NCBI GenBank assembly: GCA_964642475.1
Contig: CAZXRC010000005.1
Coordinates: 68,859-132,858, forward strand
Length of the DNA: 64,000 nt
Origin: an uncultured Gemmatimonadaceae bacterium
Lineage (GTDB): Bacteria > Gemmatimonadota > Gemmatimonadetes > Gemmatimonadales > GWC2-71-9
Direction: 5' to 3'
Under the pieces are notes generated by a model, which did no database searches, was not told where the DNA came from, and saw only the letters and a program-made list of their open reading frames with translations. Positions 1-10,074 of this stretch are shown piece by piece; positions within the stretch are counted from its first letter, which is position 1; every line of letters starts with the position of its first letter. Position numbers and translations under genes: made by a program.

Positions 1-1754
1 ACCGCCGTCATCGCACCAGCTTCCTCGCCGCCGGCGGAACCCGGGCCATGGGCGCGGGCCTGGACCTGAGGGGAAGACGGCGGGACGGGACGCTCTTCCC
101 GGTGGACATCCAGCTGACCGTGGGCGATTCGCTGGACGGACGCGTCGCCATCGCCGCGGTCCGGGACCTGACCGAGCGCACCGCCGCGATGACGGCCTTG
201 CGTCAGAAGGAGGAGCGCTACCGCCAGGTGGTCGAGAACGCCTCCGAGGTTTTCTACCGGGTGGCACTGACCCCCCACCCCTCCGGCAGTCGGATCGAGT
301 TCGTCAGCCAGCAGTGCCAGAACCTGATCGGGCGCCGACCGGAGGAGTTTCTGGCCGACCCGGAGCTCTGGCTGGAATCGGTCCATCCCGACGACCGTCC
401 GGTCCTGGCGGAGGCCACCCGCACGATCCTGGCCCAGCGGGGACCCGGCACCCGGATCTACCGGCTCCGACACGCGGACAGCGGTCGATATCGCTGGATC
501 GAGGATCGCATCATTCCGGACATCGACTCCACGGGCGAGGTAATCGGCTTTCACGGGGTGGCCCGGGACATCACCGAGCGGGTCGAGGCGGAGGAGGGCC
601 ATCGGCGGCTGGAGTTGCAGCTCCGGCAGGCGCAGAAGATGGAGGCGGTGGGGCGGCTGGCCGGGGGCGTGGCCCACGACTTCAACAACATCCTGACGGT
701 CATCCTGGGCAACTGCGAGAACGCCCTCGCGCTGCTCGACCCCGGGAGCCCGGCGCTGGAAGACCTCACCGAGGTGGTCGAGGCCGCCCGCCGGGCCGCG
801 GGTTTGACCCAGCAACTGCTGGCGTTCGGACGGCGGCAGAGCATCGCCCCACGGGCGCTCGATCTTACCCGCCAGCTTCGGGGCGTGGAGCGGATGCTCC
901 GGCGAACCATCGGGGCCGATATCGACCTGGTGCTGGAAGTCGCGGATCAGCTCTGGCCGGTGTGGCTGGACCCCTCCCAACTGGACCAGCTCATCATCAA
1001 CCTGGCCGTGAACGCCCGGGACGCGATGCCGGACGGGGGCGCCCTGACGATCGCCACCGACATGTCCACCCTGGACCAGGACTACTGCTCCACCCACGCC
1101 GGGTTCCGCGCCGGCGACTACGTGACCCTGACCGTAAGCGACACCGGGTGCGGGATCGATGCCGCGACCCTGGAGCATGTGTTCGAGCCGTTCTTCACCA
1201 CCAAACCTGAAGGCAAGGGCACCGGCCTGGGTCTGGCCACGATCTACGGCATCGTCAAGCAGAACGATGGCTTCGTGAACATTTACAGCGAGCCGGGCCA
1301 CGGCACGACCGTAAGGGTCTACCTGCCGCGCTACGTCGGAGGGGACCCGATCGCCACCCCGGAACCCCCGCGGCCGCCCGCCGGGGGAAGCGAGACCGTG
1401 CTGCTGGTGGAGGACAACGACCAGGTGCGGCGGCTGACCCACCGGCTGCTGACCCGGCTCGGCTATACCGTGCTCGAGGCGGCCAGCCCCGACGTGGCGC
1501 TGGCGCTGTGCCAGGCCTATGGGAGGGAGATCCAGCTGCTCCTGACCGATCTGGTGATGCCGACGATGAACGGAGCGCGGCTCGCCGAGGCGGTGACCGG
1601 TCTGCGACCCGGCATCCGGGTGCTGTTCATGTCGGGCTACCCCGCCAGCATCACGGCCCGGCGAGACCTGGTGCCGGGCCGGACGCCCCAGATCCAGAAA
1701 CCCTTCGACCTGGACACGCTGGCCCGAAAGGTCCGCGACGCGCTCGAGGGCTAA
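1..1754 (+). CDS. PAS-domain hybrid sensor histidine kinase/response regulator (5'-truncated by window edge)
   Basis: ORF 48..1754 stays open upstream to the window start. PAS motifs, H-box [11 protein letters not shown]-boxes DTGCGI and KGTGLGL, C-terminal receiver LLLTDLVMP. Confidence 0.92.
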   Translation, partial: RRHRTSFLAAGGTRAMGAGLDLRGRRRDGTLFPVDIQLTVGDSLDGRVAIAAVRDLTERTAAMTALRQKEERYRQVVENASEVFYRVALTPHPSGSRIEFVSQQCQNLIGRRPEEFLADPELWLESVHPDDRPVLAEATRTILAQRGPGTRIYRLRHADSGRYRWIEDRIIPDIDSTGEVIGFHGVARDITERVEAEEGHRRLELQLRQAQKMEAVGRLAGGVAHDFNNILTVILGNCENALALLDPGSPALEDLTEVVEAARRAAGLTQQLLAFGRRQSIAPRALDLTRQLRGVERMLRRTIGADIDLVLEVADQLWPVWLDPSQLDQLIINLAVNARDAMPDGGALTIATDMSTLDQDYCSTHAGFRAGDYVTLTVSDTGCGIDAATLEHVFEPFFTTKPEGKGTGLGLATIYGIVKQNDGFVNIYSEPGHGTTVRVYLPRYVGGDPIATPEPPRPPAGGSETVLLVEDNDQVRRLTHRLLTRLGYTVLEAASPDVALALCQAYGREIQLLLTDLVMPTMNGARLAEAVTGLRPGIRVLFMSGYPASITARRDLVPGRTPQIQKPFDLDTLARKVRDALEG

Positions 1755-1761
1755 GCCGCCC

Positions 1762-2949
1762 TCAAGGGCGATCCAGCTCGGCCCGCAGACCCTCGGCCAG
1801 GCAGGACAGATCCTCCGCGGAGCTCAGCACCCCGCCGGCCACCCGATTGGTCTCCTTCACGCCCTGCGAGACGGTGCCGATGCCCTCACTGACCTCCTGG
1901 GTACGGAGGGCGGAGTCCTGGATGTTCTTGCTGATGTCCCGCGTGGCCAATCGCTGCTCGCCGACCGCGCTGGTGATGGACGCGGAGGTCGCGTCCAGCT
2001 GGTGGATGGTGCGGGTGATCCGGTCGATGGCGGTGACGGCTTCCTGCGTGGTCCGCTGGATCGAGGTCACCCGCTCGTTGATCTCTTCCGTCGCCGCCGC
2101 CGTCTGGGTCGCGAGTTCCTTGACCTCGGTGGCGACGACGGCGAACCCCTTCCCATGTTCGCCGGCACCGGCCGCCTCGATGGTCGCATTGAGCGCCAGC
2201 AGACGGGTCTGACTGGCGATCCGGCTGATGACCGTGACCACCCGACCGATCTGGCGGGAGGCCTCGACCAGCTCATTCACCGTGCGCCCGGTGTGCACCA
2301 CTTCGGCCACGGCCTCCTGGGCCGCGCGACTGGACTGGCTGACCTGACGCTCGATCTCGGTGACGGTGGCTGAGACCTGCTCGGTGGCCGAGGCCACCGA
2401 GGTCAGCCCCTCCGACGCCCGCCGCGCCGCGTCCGCCACCGCTTCCGACTGGTCCGCGCCCTGCTGGGTGGTGGCGGCCAGCCCCTTGGCGCTGCTCCGC
2501 AGCGCCGTCGCGGCGTCGGTAATGTCGGACGCCGCCGAGCGGATCATCTGCTCGGCGGCCTGGACCCGACTGGCCCCCGAGGCCATGTCCGCGATGGCGC
2601 CGTTGATGATCTCGGCGCCTCGCCGGAAGCACCCGAGGAGGCCGTGGGGCAGCACCTGCCGGTAGAACTGGCCGGCGCTGGCGTGCTGCAGAGAGGCCCC
2701 CGCCTCCCGGACGAAGGCATCGGTGAGGTCGAGCAGCTGGTTGATGGCATTGGCCATCTCGGCCATCTCCCCGAGCCCCTCCCAGCTCTCGATGTGCAGC
2801 ACCCGGGACTCGAGATTGCCCTGGGCTGCTTCCCGACACACGCTGGTGACCTGGCGCAGGCAGGCCTGGTAGCGTTCCAGGCGCTCCGCCGCCGAGTCCC
2901 CGGTCAGTACCGGATCGGCCGTCAGATCGCCAGCCATGACCACGGTCAT
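1762..2949 (-). CDS. Soluble methyl-accepting chemotaxis protein
   Basis: MCP signalling hairpin [37 protein letters not shown]. No obvious TM helix. HAMP-like N-terminus. Confidence 0.92.
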   Translation of the reverse strand: MTVVMAGDLTADPVLTGDSAAERLERYQACLRQVTSVCREAAQGNLESRVLHIESWEGLGEMAEMANAINQLLDLTDAFVREAGASLQHASAGQFYRQVLPHGLLGCFRRGAEIINGAIADMASGASRVQAAEQMIRSAASDITDAATALRSSAKGLAATTQQGADQSEAVADAARRASEGLTSVASATEQVSATVTEIERQVSQSSRAAQEAVAEVVHTGRTVNELVEASRQIGRVVTVISRIASQTRLLALNATIEAAGAGEHGKGFAVVATEVKELATQTAAATEEINERVTSIQRTTQEAVTAIDRITRTIHQLDATSASITSAVGEQRLATRDISKNIQDSALRTQEVSEGIGTVSQGVKETNRVAGGVLSSAEDLSCLAEGLRAELDRP

Positions 2950-3500
2950 GCGGCCCTCCCCTCAGCCCGGCTGGTCGCCAGCGACCAGACGAACTCGTCG
3001 TAAGTCTTCCCCATGTCGGAAAGGGCCTGGGTCAGCTGCGCCGTCGACGCGGCCATGCCCTCGGTCTTTCGGTCATAGCCCCGCTCGGTCGCCTCCAGTG
3101 CTTCGTAGAGCGGGGCGATCACGTCGAGCGCCTGCCGGGACGCGGTCCGCCGATTCGAGTGAAAGCCGACGAGCCTCCCGGCCACGTCGTAGCTGGGCGT
3201 CACATGGGCCAGGACCCAGTAGTGGTCGCCATTGCGGGCGAGATTCAGCACGTAGGCGAAGATCTCGCGGCCATCCTGGATCGTGTCCCAGAGGAGCTTG
3301 AAGACCGCCCGGGGCATGCGGGGGTGGCGGATCAGGCTGTGGGGCTGGCCCAGGAGCTCTTCCTCCCGGTACCCCGAGACGCGCATGAAGACGCTGTTGG
3401 CGTAGAGGATCTTCCCGTTGAGATCGGTCTTCGAGACGATGATCTCGTCATCCTGGAATCGCCGCTCGCGCCCGGTCGGCTCGATGGTCCGTTTGCTCAC
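2946..3500 (-). CDS. Stand-alone Aer-type PAS domain protein
   Basis: [16 protein letters not shown]...[14 protein letters not shown]...[11 protein letters not shown] matches the Aer FAD-binding PAS pattern. GTG start with GGAG RBS. 4-nt overlap with the MCP. Confidence 0.88.
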   Translation of the reverse strand: MSKRTIEPTGRERRFQDDEIIVSKTDLNGKILYANSVFMRVSGYREEELLGQPHSLIRHPRMPRAVFKLLWDTIQDGREIFAYVLNLARNGDHYWVLAHVTPSYDVAGRLVGFHSNRRTASRQALDVIAPLYEALEATERGYDRKTEGMAASTAQLTQALSDMGKTYDEFVWSLATSRAEGRAA

Positions 3501-3548
3501 CGCGGGCTCTCCATGAAACGCAGGTGTCCGATGAGGATCTCCAGCAAG

Positions 3549-3576
3549 TCATCGGACGGGGGCGGCGGTTTCTTGA
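3549..3576 (-). promoter_or_regulatory. Putative sigma28 promoter of the PAS-MCP operon
   Basis: Minus strand TCAAG-N15-TCCGATGA about 50 nt upstream of the GTG start. Confidence 0.6.
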
Positions 3577-3784
3577 GTCCCCCGGGCGCGGAGAATCTCG
3601 ATCGCTTCACCCGGTTATCGCGGCACCGGGGAGGGACCCGGCAGGCCCGGGTTCGACCCCCGAGCCCAGCCCGCCGAGGCGCGATTCCCCCACCGGCGGT
3701 GCCTGGGTATACTGTCGCAACCTCCCGATCCTGTTGGTTCGCGTCCGAGTCTGCCGGCGGCCCGGCCTTGCCCCGGAGCAGCGA

Positions 3785-6574
3785 ATGACCCCAGAACGCG
3801 ATGAGCTGCAACGGTTGCGGACCGAATGCGATCGGCTCCGCGCCCGGGTCGCCGAACTGGAGCGGGCGGATGACAATGCCCGCCGCGAGTCTGGCGAAGC
3901 CCCCTCCACCTCCGTCTCCCTGTTCGACTCCGCCCTGAACGCGACCAACGATGGGGTGCTCATCGTGGGACCGCGGGGCCGCATCACCTACTTCAATCAG
4001 GCGTTCCTGACCATGTGGCGGGTGCCGGCGACGCTGGCCGAAGCCGGCGATGACGACGCCATGCTGGCCTGGGTCCTGGATCAACTGGCCGATCCCGAGG
4101 GATTCCTGGCCAAAGTCCGCGAGCTGTATGCCCAGCCCGAGGCCGACAGCGCGGACCTGCTGGAATTCCGGGACAGCCGGTGCTTCGAGCGCCGCTCCCA
4201 GCCTCAACGCCTGAACGGGGCCGTGATCGGGCGGGTCTGGTGGTTCCGGGACATCACCGAGCGCCGACGGATGGAGCGGGAGCTGGCGCAGTCCGAGGAA
4301 CGGTTCGCCCACATCTTCCAGGCCAGTCCGTTCTCCATTCTCCTGGCGACCTATCCCGAAGGGCGGATCGTGGCGGTCAACGAAGCCTTCCTGCGGCTGT
4401 TTGGCTTCGAACGGGAAGATGTGATCGGCCGGACCACCGGTGAAATCGGTCTGTGGAGCAACCCGGAGGACCGCGAGATCATGCTCGGTCGGCTGGGCGC
4501 CGAGGGGGCCGTGAGCGGAATGGAGTTCACCTTCCGGTCCCGCCACGGTGACCCCAAGGTCCTGCTCCTGTCGGTGGAGCTGGTGCAGATGCAGGGCCAG
4601 TGGCACGCCCTGGCCATGTCGATCGACATCACCGAACGCCGCCGGGTCGAGGACGTGGTACGGCGCCAGGGCACCCTCCTGCAGGCCATCATGAACGGAA
4701 CCAGCGATGCGGTCTTCATCAAGGACCGCGAGGGCCGCTACGAGCTGATCAATCCGGCGGGCGCCCTGATGCTGGGTCATCCCGTCTCGGCGGTGCTGGG
4801 ACGGACCGACCGGGAGCTGGTCCCCCCCGAAGCCGCGGCCGAATTCCAGCTGAGCGACGAGCGGGTCATGTCCGCCGGCGAGCCTCGCCTCCGGGAAGAA
4901 GTCGCCGTCATCGGCGGCCGCGACTTCGTCTTCCTGTCGCAGAAGGCTCCCTGGCGTGATGGCGAGGGTCGGGTGATCGGCCTGGTCGGAATTTCCCGGG
5001 ATATCACCGAGCGCAAGCGGACCGAGGCGGCCCTCCGGGAATCCGAGTCACGGTACCGGACCCTGTTCGAGGCCATCGGCGAGACCATCTTCCTGCTTTC
5101 GCCCGAGGGCACCTTTCAGGCCCTCAACCGGGCCTTCGAGACCACCACCGGCTGGGAGCGCACCGACTGGCTGGGACGATCGTTCCTCGAGCTGCTTCAC
5201 CCGGGCGATCACGACCGGGCCCGTGACATGTTCCGCCGAGCCGCCCTAGGCGAAAAGGGCCTGGTCCAGGACTTCAAGGCGCGGCGCAAGGCGGGGGACT
5301 TCCTGGTCGCGGAGTGCAGCGCCATGCATCGCCTGATCCAGGGCGACCGGGTGATCGGCTTCCTTGGCACCGCGCGGGATGTGACCCAGCAACGCCGGCT
5401 GGAGGATGGACTCCGCCAGGCCCAGAAACTGGAAGCCCTCGGAACGCTGGCGGGAGGGATTGCCCACGACTTCAACAACATCCTCACGGCGATCATGGCC
5501 CACGCCGGATGGCTGCAGGAGGAGCTCGCCGGTGAGGCCCGGGTGGCGGAGGATCTGCAGGGCATCCAGGGCGCCACAGCCCGCGCCAAGTCCCTGGTAC
5601 GGCAGATCCTCACGTTCAGCCGCCAGCAACCGGAAGAGCGACGGGTCATCGCCCTCGAGCCGGTGGTGCGCGAGGCCGTTTCGCTGCTGCGCGCCACCCT
5701 CCCGGCCACGATCGAAATCCGCACCGACCTCGGCGAGGCCGACGCCCTCATCCTGGCCGACCCGACCCAGGTGCACCAGGTCATCGTCAATCTCGGCACC
5801 AATGCGGTGCACGCCATGCGGGCAGCCGGTGGCATCCTCCGCCTCAGCCAAACGATCGTCGACGGGACCAGTGGCGGGACCCTGCCCGCGACGCTGCCCC
5901 CGGGGCGATACGTCCGGTTGACGGTCAGCGATACCGGGCACGGCATGTCGGTCGAGACCCTGCGGCGCATCTTCGATCCGTTCTTCACCACCAAGGCCCC
6001 CGCGGAGGGCACCGGCCTGGGGATGGCCGTCGTACACGGCATCATGCGAAGCCACGAGGGAGACATCGGTATCCACAGCCGTCCCGGCGAGGGGACCGAG
6101 GTGGTCCTCCACTTCCCGCTGGTGGAGCGCCAGGAGGCGAGCCCGGATTCCGGAATCCCCCCGGTCCCGAGGGGAGCCGGCGAGCGGATCCTGCTGGTGG
6201 ACGACGAATCCGAGCTGGTTCGGCTGGGAACCCGGATGCTGACCCAGCTGGGGTATCGGGTCAGCGGGTATGCCTCCCCGCAGGAGGCGCTGGCCGCATT
6301 CCGAGGGCGGCCGGAGGACGTTGACCTGGTGGTGTCGGACCTGACCATGCCGGGGATCACGGGTGCGGACCTGGCGAGGGAAGTGCTGTCCCTCCGCCCC
6401 GAGCTGCCGGTGCTCCTGACCTCCGGGTACCTCGGGGCCCTGACGCCCGAGGCCATGGAGGAGATCGGGATCCGCGAACTGCTGGTCAAGCCCTTCGAAT
6501 CCCGGACCCTGGGGGAGGCGATCTGGCGCTGTCTCCGCGGAGACGGCCCGCGGGCCGCTCCGGCGGTATCATGA
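3785..6574 (+). CDS. Multi-PAS (4x) hybrid sensor histidine kinase
   Basis: Probable start MTPERDEL at 3785 (track ORF from 3524 looks over-extended). Four PAS/PAC units, H-box AGGIAHDFNN, HATPase GTGLG, receiver LVVSDLTMP. Confidence 0.9.
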   Translation: MTPERDELQRLRTECDRLRARVAELERADDNARRESGEAPSTSVSLFDSALNATNDGVLIVGPRGRITYFNQAFLTMWRVPATLAEAGDDDAMLAWVLDQLADPEGFLAKVRELYAQPEADSADLLEFRDSRCFERRSQPQRLNGAVIGRVWWFRDITERRRMERELAQSEERFAHIFQASPFSILLATYPEGRIVAVNEAFLRLFGFEREDVIGRTTGEIGLWSNPEDREIMLGRLGAEGAVSGMEFTFRSRHGDPKVLLLSVELVQMQGQWHALAMSIDITERRRVEDVVRRQGTLLQAIMNGTSDAVFIKDREGRYELINPAGALMLGHPVSAVLGRTDRELVPPEAAAEFQLSDERVMSAGEPRLREEVAVIGGRDFVFLSQKAPWRDGEGRVIGLVGISRDITERKRTEAALRESESRYRTLFEAIGETIFLLSPEGTFQALNRAFETTTGWERTDWLGRSFLELLHPGDHDRARDMFRRAALGEKGLVQDFKARRKAGDFLVAECSAMHRLIQGDRVIGFLGTARDVTQQRRLEDGLRQAQKLEALGTLAGGIAHDFNNILTAIMAHAGWLQEELAGEARVAEDLQGIQGATARAKSLVRQILTFSRQQPEERRVIALEPVVREAVSLLRATLPATIEIRTDLGEADALILADPTQVHQVIVNLGTNAVHAMRAAGGILRLSQTIVDGTSGGTLPATLPPGRYVRLTVSDTGHGMSVETLRRIFDPFFTTKAPAEGTGLGMAVVHGIMRSHEGDIGIHSRPGEGTEVVLHFPLVERQEASPDSGIPPVPRGAGERILLVDDESELVRLGTRMLTQLGYRVSGYASPQEALAAFRGRPEDVDLVVSDLTMPGITGADLAREVLSLRPELPVLLTSGYLGALTPEAMEEIGIRELLVKPFESRTLGEAIWRCLRGDGPRAAPAVS

Positions 6575-6593
6575 CCACCGCCGGGGACTCGGG

Positions 6594-7874
6594 CTAGGAC
6601 CCGTCGTCTTCGCCCGCGCGACAGCGAATCAGAAGCTGCCCGACGTCGCTGCAGACGACCGGCAAGACTACGTCCCAGCGCGCATGCTCCATCCGCCGCA
6701 CCGCCCCCTGGGTCGGGGTCCCGAGATCCAGGGAAATGCCCCGAAGGTGAATCAGGTGGCGCAGCCGGCCCGCCAGGGTGTTGGTAATCTCCAGGAGCGA
6801 CTCGCGCCCCGCCTCCGGGGATCGTTCGCCCGGGCCCAGGACCGCCTCCGCCAGGTTCGGCAGCAATTCCTGCTTGCCGGCAATCTCCAGCCAGAGCGCC
6901 GCCCCGGCGGCGGCCTCCCGGAGCTGGATCCCCACGACCAGCTCGGTCTGGAACTCCGCTTCGACGCCGTTCAGCGGCGTGACCTCGCGATTGGTCATCA
7001 CCCCCAGCACCTGCTGGGCGGCGGAGAGCAGCTCGCCGCGGAGGTGCACCGACAGGAGCGACCGCAGCCGCTCCGGGACGGTCGCGACTTCCTCGTCGAC
7101 GTCGATGATCTGCTGGAGGAAACTGTCGGGAACGAAGGTGCGGGTCATGACGCCGTCGAACAGCCGGGGATCGGCCTCGCGGGACGGCTCCGCCTGGTCC
7201 GCCAGGAGATACACCCGCGGCCGGCGCGCTGGCGGTACCGCCCGAACCGCCTTGGCAATCGCCTCCGGGGAGAAGAGTTCGAGCCCGTGCCCCACGCACA
7301 CCACGGTGGTGCGACTGCCGCGTTCCACCACCTCCTGGATCCCGGCGGCGCCGTCGTCGGTGTCGATCACCGTGAAGCGGCCCTCGAGGATGCTGCGCGC
7401 GAATGAACGGAAGTTGGGATCCCGATCGATCAGCAGGAAGACCTTGCCGTTCAGGGCCCGTTTGCCGCGCGGACCCTCCTCTTCCGGAGTGGCGGTCGAG
7501 GCGGACAGCGCGGCCGTAGTCCGTCGGATCAGCATGTCGAAGTCGAACGGCTTGAGCAGGAAGTCGCGCACCCCGAGCTCCGCCACCCGGGCCACCCGCG
7601 TCCGATCGGCCACGCCCGACATCGCGATGACCTGCAGGTCGGCGTGATTGTTCGAGGTGCGAATGGCCTGCAGCATGGCCACGCCGTCCATGACCGGCAT
7701 GCCGATGTCGAGAAGCACCAGGTTGGGGCGGGCCCGCGCGATCGCGAGGAGGCCCTCGAGGCCGTTACTGGCCTCGCGCGCCTCGCAGCCCAGCCGGTCC
7801 TGAACAATCCGGCGCAACACCGACCGGACGCTCAACTCGTCATCGACAATCAGCACCTGCATGCCTTCCCCCAC
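6594..7874 (-). CDS. Response regulator: REC + degenerate REC + CheX-like domain
   Basis: N-terminal REC (VDDE...LLDIGMP...KPF), start possibly 7862. Second REC-like unit lacks the Asp. C-terminal LLEITNTLAG resembles the CheC/CheX E-x2-N motif. Confidence 0.7.
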   Translation of the reverse strand: MGEGMQVLIVDDELSVRSVLRRIVQDRLGCEAREASNGLEGLLAIARARPNLVLLDIGMPVMDGVAMLQAIRTSNNHADLQVIAMSGVADRTRVARVAELGVRDFLLKPFDFDMLIRRTTAALSASTATPEEEGPRGKRALNGKVFLLIDRDPNFRSFARSILEGRFTVIDTDDGAAGIQEVVERGSRTTVVCVGHGLELFSPEAIAKAVRAVPPARRPRVYLLADQAEPSREADPRLFDGVMTRTFVPDSFLQQIIDVDEEVATVPERLRSLLSVHLRGELLSAAQQVLGVMTNREVTPLNGVEAEFQTELVVGIQLREAAAGAALWLEIAGKQELLPNLAEAVLGPGERSPEAGRESLLEITNTLAGRLRHLIHLRGISLDLGTPTQGAVRRMEHARWDVVLPVVCSDVGQLLIRCRAGEDDGS

Positions 7875-8057
7875 GGTGTCGCGTGCGCCGCTTGGCGAAG
7901 TCCGCGGCCCTGCCGGTCATCGGGCCAGCGAAGCCCGCCGCCGCTGCCTGCTCACTACCTGGACCATAGCCGGAGCCCGTGCGATTGCGCACTAGGGACG
8001 TCACTAGCTGCGACCACGCCTAACCACCTAACACAGCATGGACTTGGCCACTCCATG

Positions 8058-8084
8058 TTATCGGCCCTTCCCCCCGCGCCTTGA
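8058..8084 (-). promoter_or_regulatory. sigma28 promoter upstream of the REC-CheX gene
   Basis: Minus strand TCAAG-N14-GCCGATAA, with consensus -10 and spacing. Confidence 0.75.
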
Positions 8085-8178
8085 AGGTCCGAGCGCTCAT
8101 GAATCCTTCACGCTAGCGTCGGGCAGGACCTGCCTCGTTTCGTGCCTCCGGGTCTCGGCATGGGCCTACTTGGCGCAT

Positions 8179-8192
8179 TAGGGTTATCCCTA
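8179..8192. promoter_or_regulatory. 14-bp palindrome, candidate NarL/LuxR-family operator
   Basis: TAGGG-TTAT-CCCTA, about 120 nt upstream of the 8314 gene. Similar in length and shape to RcsB-type boxes. Confidence 0.4.
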
Positions 8193-8313
8193 GTAGCATC
8201 CGAAGCGGGGTGGGGCCAATACTTATCCCCCCCTGGGTTAACAAGTTGCCGGCCGGAGCCGCGCCGTACGCGACACCGGCCGGTCACGATTCTCAACCGA
8301 GAGGAACCTGACC

Positions 8314-8649
8314 ATGGGCACCGGACCACTGGGTGGGAAGGAACAGCTGATCAGCGTAGCGGAGGCGGCCGACATGGCTCGGCGACACCGGGAGAAGAAC
8401 CCCTCCGCCGTGCGCGGCTGGGGGTTCGGCCGGGAAGCGATCGACGCCCTGCTGGCCCAACCCGGGTGCGCTGGCATCCGGGTCTATCGCGGCCTGGCCA
8501 CCGACGGGGCCGAGCAGGTCCTGATCGTCGGCATCGACGCGAATGGGAATGACCTGGTTCCGGCCAAGGCCACCGACCCTGGGCTGGTGGCGGAGCGTGG
8601 CTGGCCATGCCCCCCGCTGTGCGCCGCCGACTCTCTGCTCAACGGTTAG
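8314..8649 (+). CDS. Small hypothetical protein with C-terminal PCPPxC motif
   Basis: 111 aa, RBS GAGG before ATG, coding-like codon usage, ends ERGWPCPPLCAADSLLNG. Confidence 0.8.
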   Translation: MGTGPLGGKEQLISVAEAADMARRHREKNPSAVRGWGFGREAIDALLAQPGCAGIRVYRGLATDGAEQVLIVGIDANGNDLVPAKATDPGLVAERGWPCPPLCAADSLLNG

Positions 8650-8668
8650 GCCGGAACCGGGACGGGCC

Positions 8669-9388
8669 GTGACGACGTTTCAGCTGGCCTACGCGGCCAC
8701 CGCCGCCGCCACCCTTTCATTGCTTTTCCCGATTTGCGCCGGGCTCTGGCGCTGGCGGGCGATTTCCCCGGCAGCGCAGGTGTTCGTCATCGCCCTAGTC
8801 ATTGAACTTGGTGCCGAGTTGACCGAGTTTGTGCTGGCAACGGCGCAGTCGAACAACCACTGGGTGGCCTACGCGCTGACGCCGATCGAATCCACCCTGA
8901 TCGTCGCGGCGCTGGCACTCTGGCAGGACGATGCGACCTCGCGCCGGTGGATGCTGCGGGCCGCGCCGGTCATGCTCCTGGCCTGGTTCCCCCCGCTGCT
9001 CGGCTGGGAAAACCGCGCGAGTTTCAGTCTCGGAACCGATACGCTGCAGGCAGCGGTGTGCCTGGCGCTCGCGGCCTACACCGTCATCCGGCGCTGGATC
9101 AGCGCCCCGGAAGGGGTCGGCCCCCAGGACTGGGCCTATATGGGAGCCGGCGTCATGTTGTATTCCGGCACCTACGCGCTGGTGAACCCGCTGAACCATT
9201 ATCTGCTCGGCGCGTCCATCAGCACCGCTCTGACCGTGCTGATCGTTCGCTCCGGGTTCCAGGTCCTGGCCAACACGCTCTATTACCTCGGAGTCCGATG
9301 CTCACGCAGCCAGCTCAGCTCTGGGCATTCTTCCTCGCCGTCACGCTGGTGGTCACCATTCTCGTGGTGGCCGTCGCCGCCTCGCTGA
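8669..9388 (+). CDS. Hypothetical integral membrane protein (about 7 TM)
   Basis: GTG start at 8669 in the 8543..9388 frame. Seven hydrophobic segments and an SNNHWV motif before TM3. Confidence 0.75.
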   Translation: MTTFQLAYAATAAATLSLLFPICAGLWRWRAISPAAQVFVIALVIELGAELTEFVLATAQSNNHWVAYALTPIESTLIVAALALWQDDATSRRWMLRAAPVMLLAWFPPLLGWENRASFSLGTDTLQAAVCLALAAYTVIRRWISAPEGVGPQDWAYMGAGVMLYSGTYALVNPLNHYLLGASISTALTVLIVRSGFQVLANTLYYLGVRCSRSQLSSGHSSSPSRWWSPFSWWPSPPR

Positions 9389-10074
9389 TCGTCACGCAAC
9401 GCAAGCTGGCCCGCGCCGCCAGGGCGTTCGCCCTCGGAGTGCTGAAAGCCTCCGAGGACGAGCGGCGGCGGGTGGCGCGGGAACTGCACGACGATGTCGG
9501 ACAACGGATCGGCGGCCTGTGCCAGCGACTCGAAACGCTGCAGGAACGGCTGCGCACCACCGAGGTCGACCCGCCCCTCATCACGGCCACCGTAGCGGTC
9601 GGCGATGGGCTCCGGGAGGTCGCGGCGACCGTCCGGCAGTTGGCCCACAACATGCACCCCTCGGTGCTCGAACACCTGGGGCTGGGTGCCGCACTTCAAT
9701 CCCTGGCCCGCGATGTCACGGCCGAATCCGGGCTCCACGTCACGGCACGCATCGAGGCCGGCACGGATGAGCTGTCGCCCGAGGCGAGCCTGGCGCTGTA
9801 TCGCGTTTGTCAGGAGGCGTTGCGCAACTGCATCAAGCACGCCCGGGCCACCAGCGCGACCGTCGAACTCTCCCGGGTTGGAACGATCATCCGGCTGTCG
9901 GTATCGGATAACGGGGTCGGGTTTGCTCCCGGGCAGGCCGCCGGCGACGCCGGCTTGGGCCTGGTGAGCCTGCGCGAGCGCATCGGTCTGCTGAAGGGGC
10001 GGTTCGAGGTCGTCTCGCAACCGGGACACGGTACAATGGTCCTCACCGAGGTATCTGAAGGAATGACGCAATGA
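9298..10074 (+). CDS. NarX/HisKA_3-type sensor histidine kinase with single N-terminal TM
   Basis: Start MLTQPAQLWAFF (GGAG upstream). ERRRVARELHDDVGQ H-box, EALRNCIKHA N-box, DNGVGF and GLGL G-boxes. Confidence 0.9.
   Translation: MLTQPAQLWAFFLAVTLVVTILVVAVAASLIVTQRKLARAARAFALGVLKASEDERRRVARELHDDVGQRIGGLCQRLETLQERLRTTEVDPPLITATVAVGDGLREVAATVRQLAHNMHPSVLEHLGLGAALQSLARDVTAESGLHVTARIEAGTDELSPEASLALYRVCQEALRNCIKHARATSATVELSRVGTIIRLSVSDNGVGFAPGQAAGDAGLGLVSLRERIGLLKGRFEVVSQPGHGTMVLTEVSEGMTQ

Noticed and set aside
1755-1800. MCP C-terminus ending abruptly (AELDRP) as a pseudogene sign
   Set aside because: The signalling domain is complete and the stop fits the tight convergent junction with the kinase gene.
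3524-3784. N-terminal 87 aa of the 1016-aa kinase ORF
   Set aside because: Low-complexity read-through over the divergent promoter region. ATG at 3785 begins the coiled-coil/PAS part.
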